Positions 63,878-64,000 of a stretch of DNA of 64,000 nt are shown in pieces. Position 1 is the first letter of the stretch. Every line of letters starts with the position of its first letter. The notes below the pieces were generated by a model. It searched no databases. It was given only the letters and a program-made list of their open reading frames with translations, and was not told the DNA's origin. The translations under genes and the position numbers were made by a program. The stretch spans positions 12,889-76,888 of the forward strand of contig VGSJ01000001.1 in the NCBI GenBank assembly GCA_016875015.1, written 5' to 3'. The stretch is from Deltaproteobacteria bacterium. GTDB lineage: Bacteria; Desulfobacterota; Desulfobaccia; Desulfobaccales; 0-14-0-80-60-11.

Positions 63878-64000
63878 CTAATCCATTACGGTCATCTTGG
63901 AATCCTGGCGCCACTTGATGCGGGGCAGGAAAACTTCGGGGTTAATCCGAGCGGCGGCCCCGGCGATATAATCCAGCATCTGCGTAATCAGGCCGGCAGA
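63878..64000 (-). CDS. C-terminal end of an ORF truncated by the right window edge (unknown product)
   Basis: Hand translation of the minus strand gives ...SAGLITQMLDYIAGAAARINPEVFLPRIKWRQDSKMTVMD*, with the stop at 63878-63880. GC-rich like the core genes. Only 40 codons are visible. Confidence 0.4.
   Translation of the reverse strand, partial: SAGLITQMLDYIAGAAARINPEVFLPRIKWRQDSKMTVMD

Overview
64-kb window of a GC-rich Gram-negative-type genome. Gene content and the abundant GC-hairpin and MITE-like intergenic repeats are reminiscent of Desulfobacterota (deltaproteobacterial) genomes; that placement is inference only. Layout: (i) 1-8.2 kb holds housekeeping genes: an AddB-like repair ORF that runs off the left edge and is absent from the ORF track, ftsH, ruvB, an AT-rich DUF202 gene, an ABC-2 exporter pair and murI. 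(ii) 8.2-9.1 kb holds a small DUF4124-like secreted-protein gene bracketed by inverted copies of a ~137-bp MITE-like element, one copy nested inside a second element. (iii) 9.2-22.7 kb holds two divergent operons whose products all carry a signal peptide, except one multicopper-oxidase-like partner. They encode a Tat-signal multicopper-oxidase-like protein plus that signal-less partner (their copper-ligand motifs look complementary and the canonical type-1 Cys is missing), a di-haem cytochrome c peroxidase/MauG-like protein, an internally duplicated 410-aa protein, an SBBP repeat protein, a beta-lactamase-fold protein with Gly at the nucleophile position, and three secreted proteins of unknown function. 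(iv) 23.3-29.4 kb holds signalling genes: a cytoplasmic PAS histidine kinase with a tandem Rossmann-like N-terminus and a twice-repeated Cys/His motif, an NtrC-type sigma54 activator, an archaemetzincin-like peptidase and a HAMP/class III cyclase. (v) From 29.7 kb to the right edge lies a surface-glycan cluster of at least 34 kb, all on the minus strand. It contains fcl, two gmd paralogues, a priming phosphotransferase, about 13 glycosyltransferases, 4 SAM methyltransferases, 2 SGNH-type proteins, a DegT aminotransferase, SDR enzymes, an SQD1/SqdB-like UDP-sulfoquinovose synthase, a CapD-like dehydratase and a B12-binding radical SAM enzyme. Its base composition is strongly mosaic, and no flippase, polymerase or exporter is visible in the window. 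I recognised no rRNA, tRNA or CRISPR array. Many long ORFs in the track are antisense shadow ORFs typical of GC-rich DNA. All start codons were chosen by eye and should be treated as approximate.
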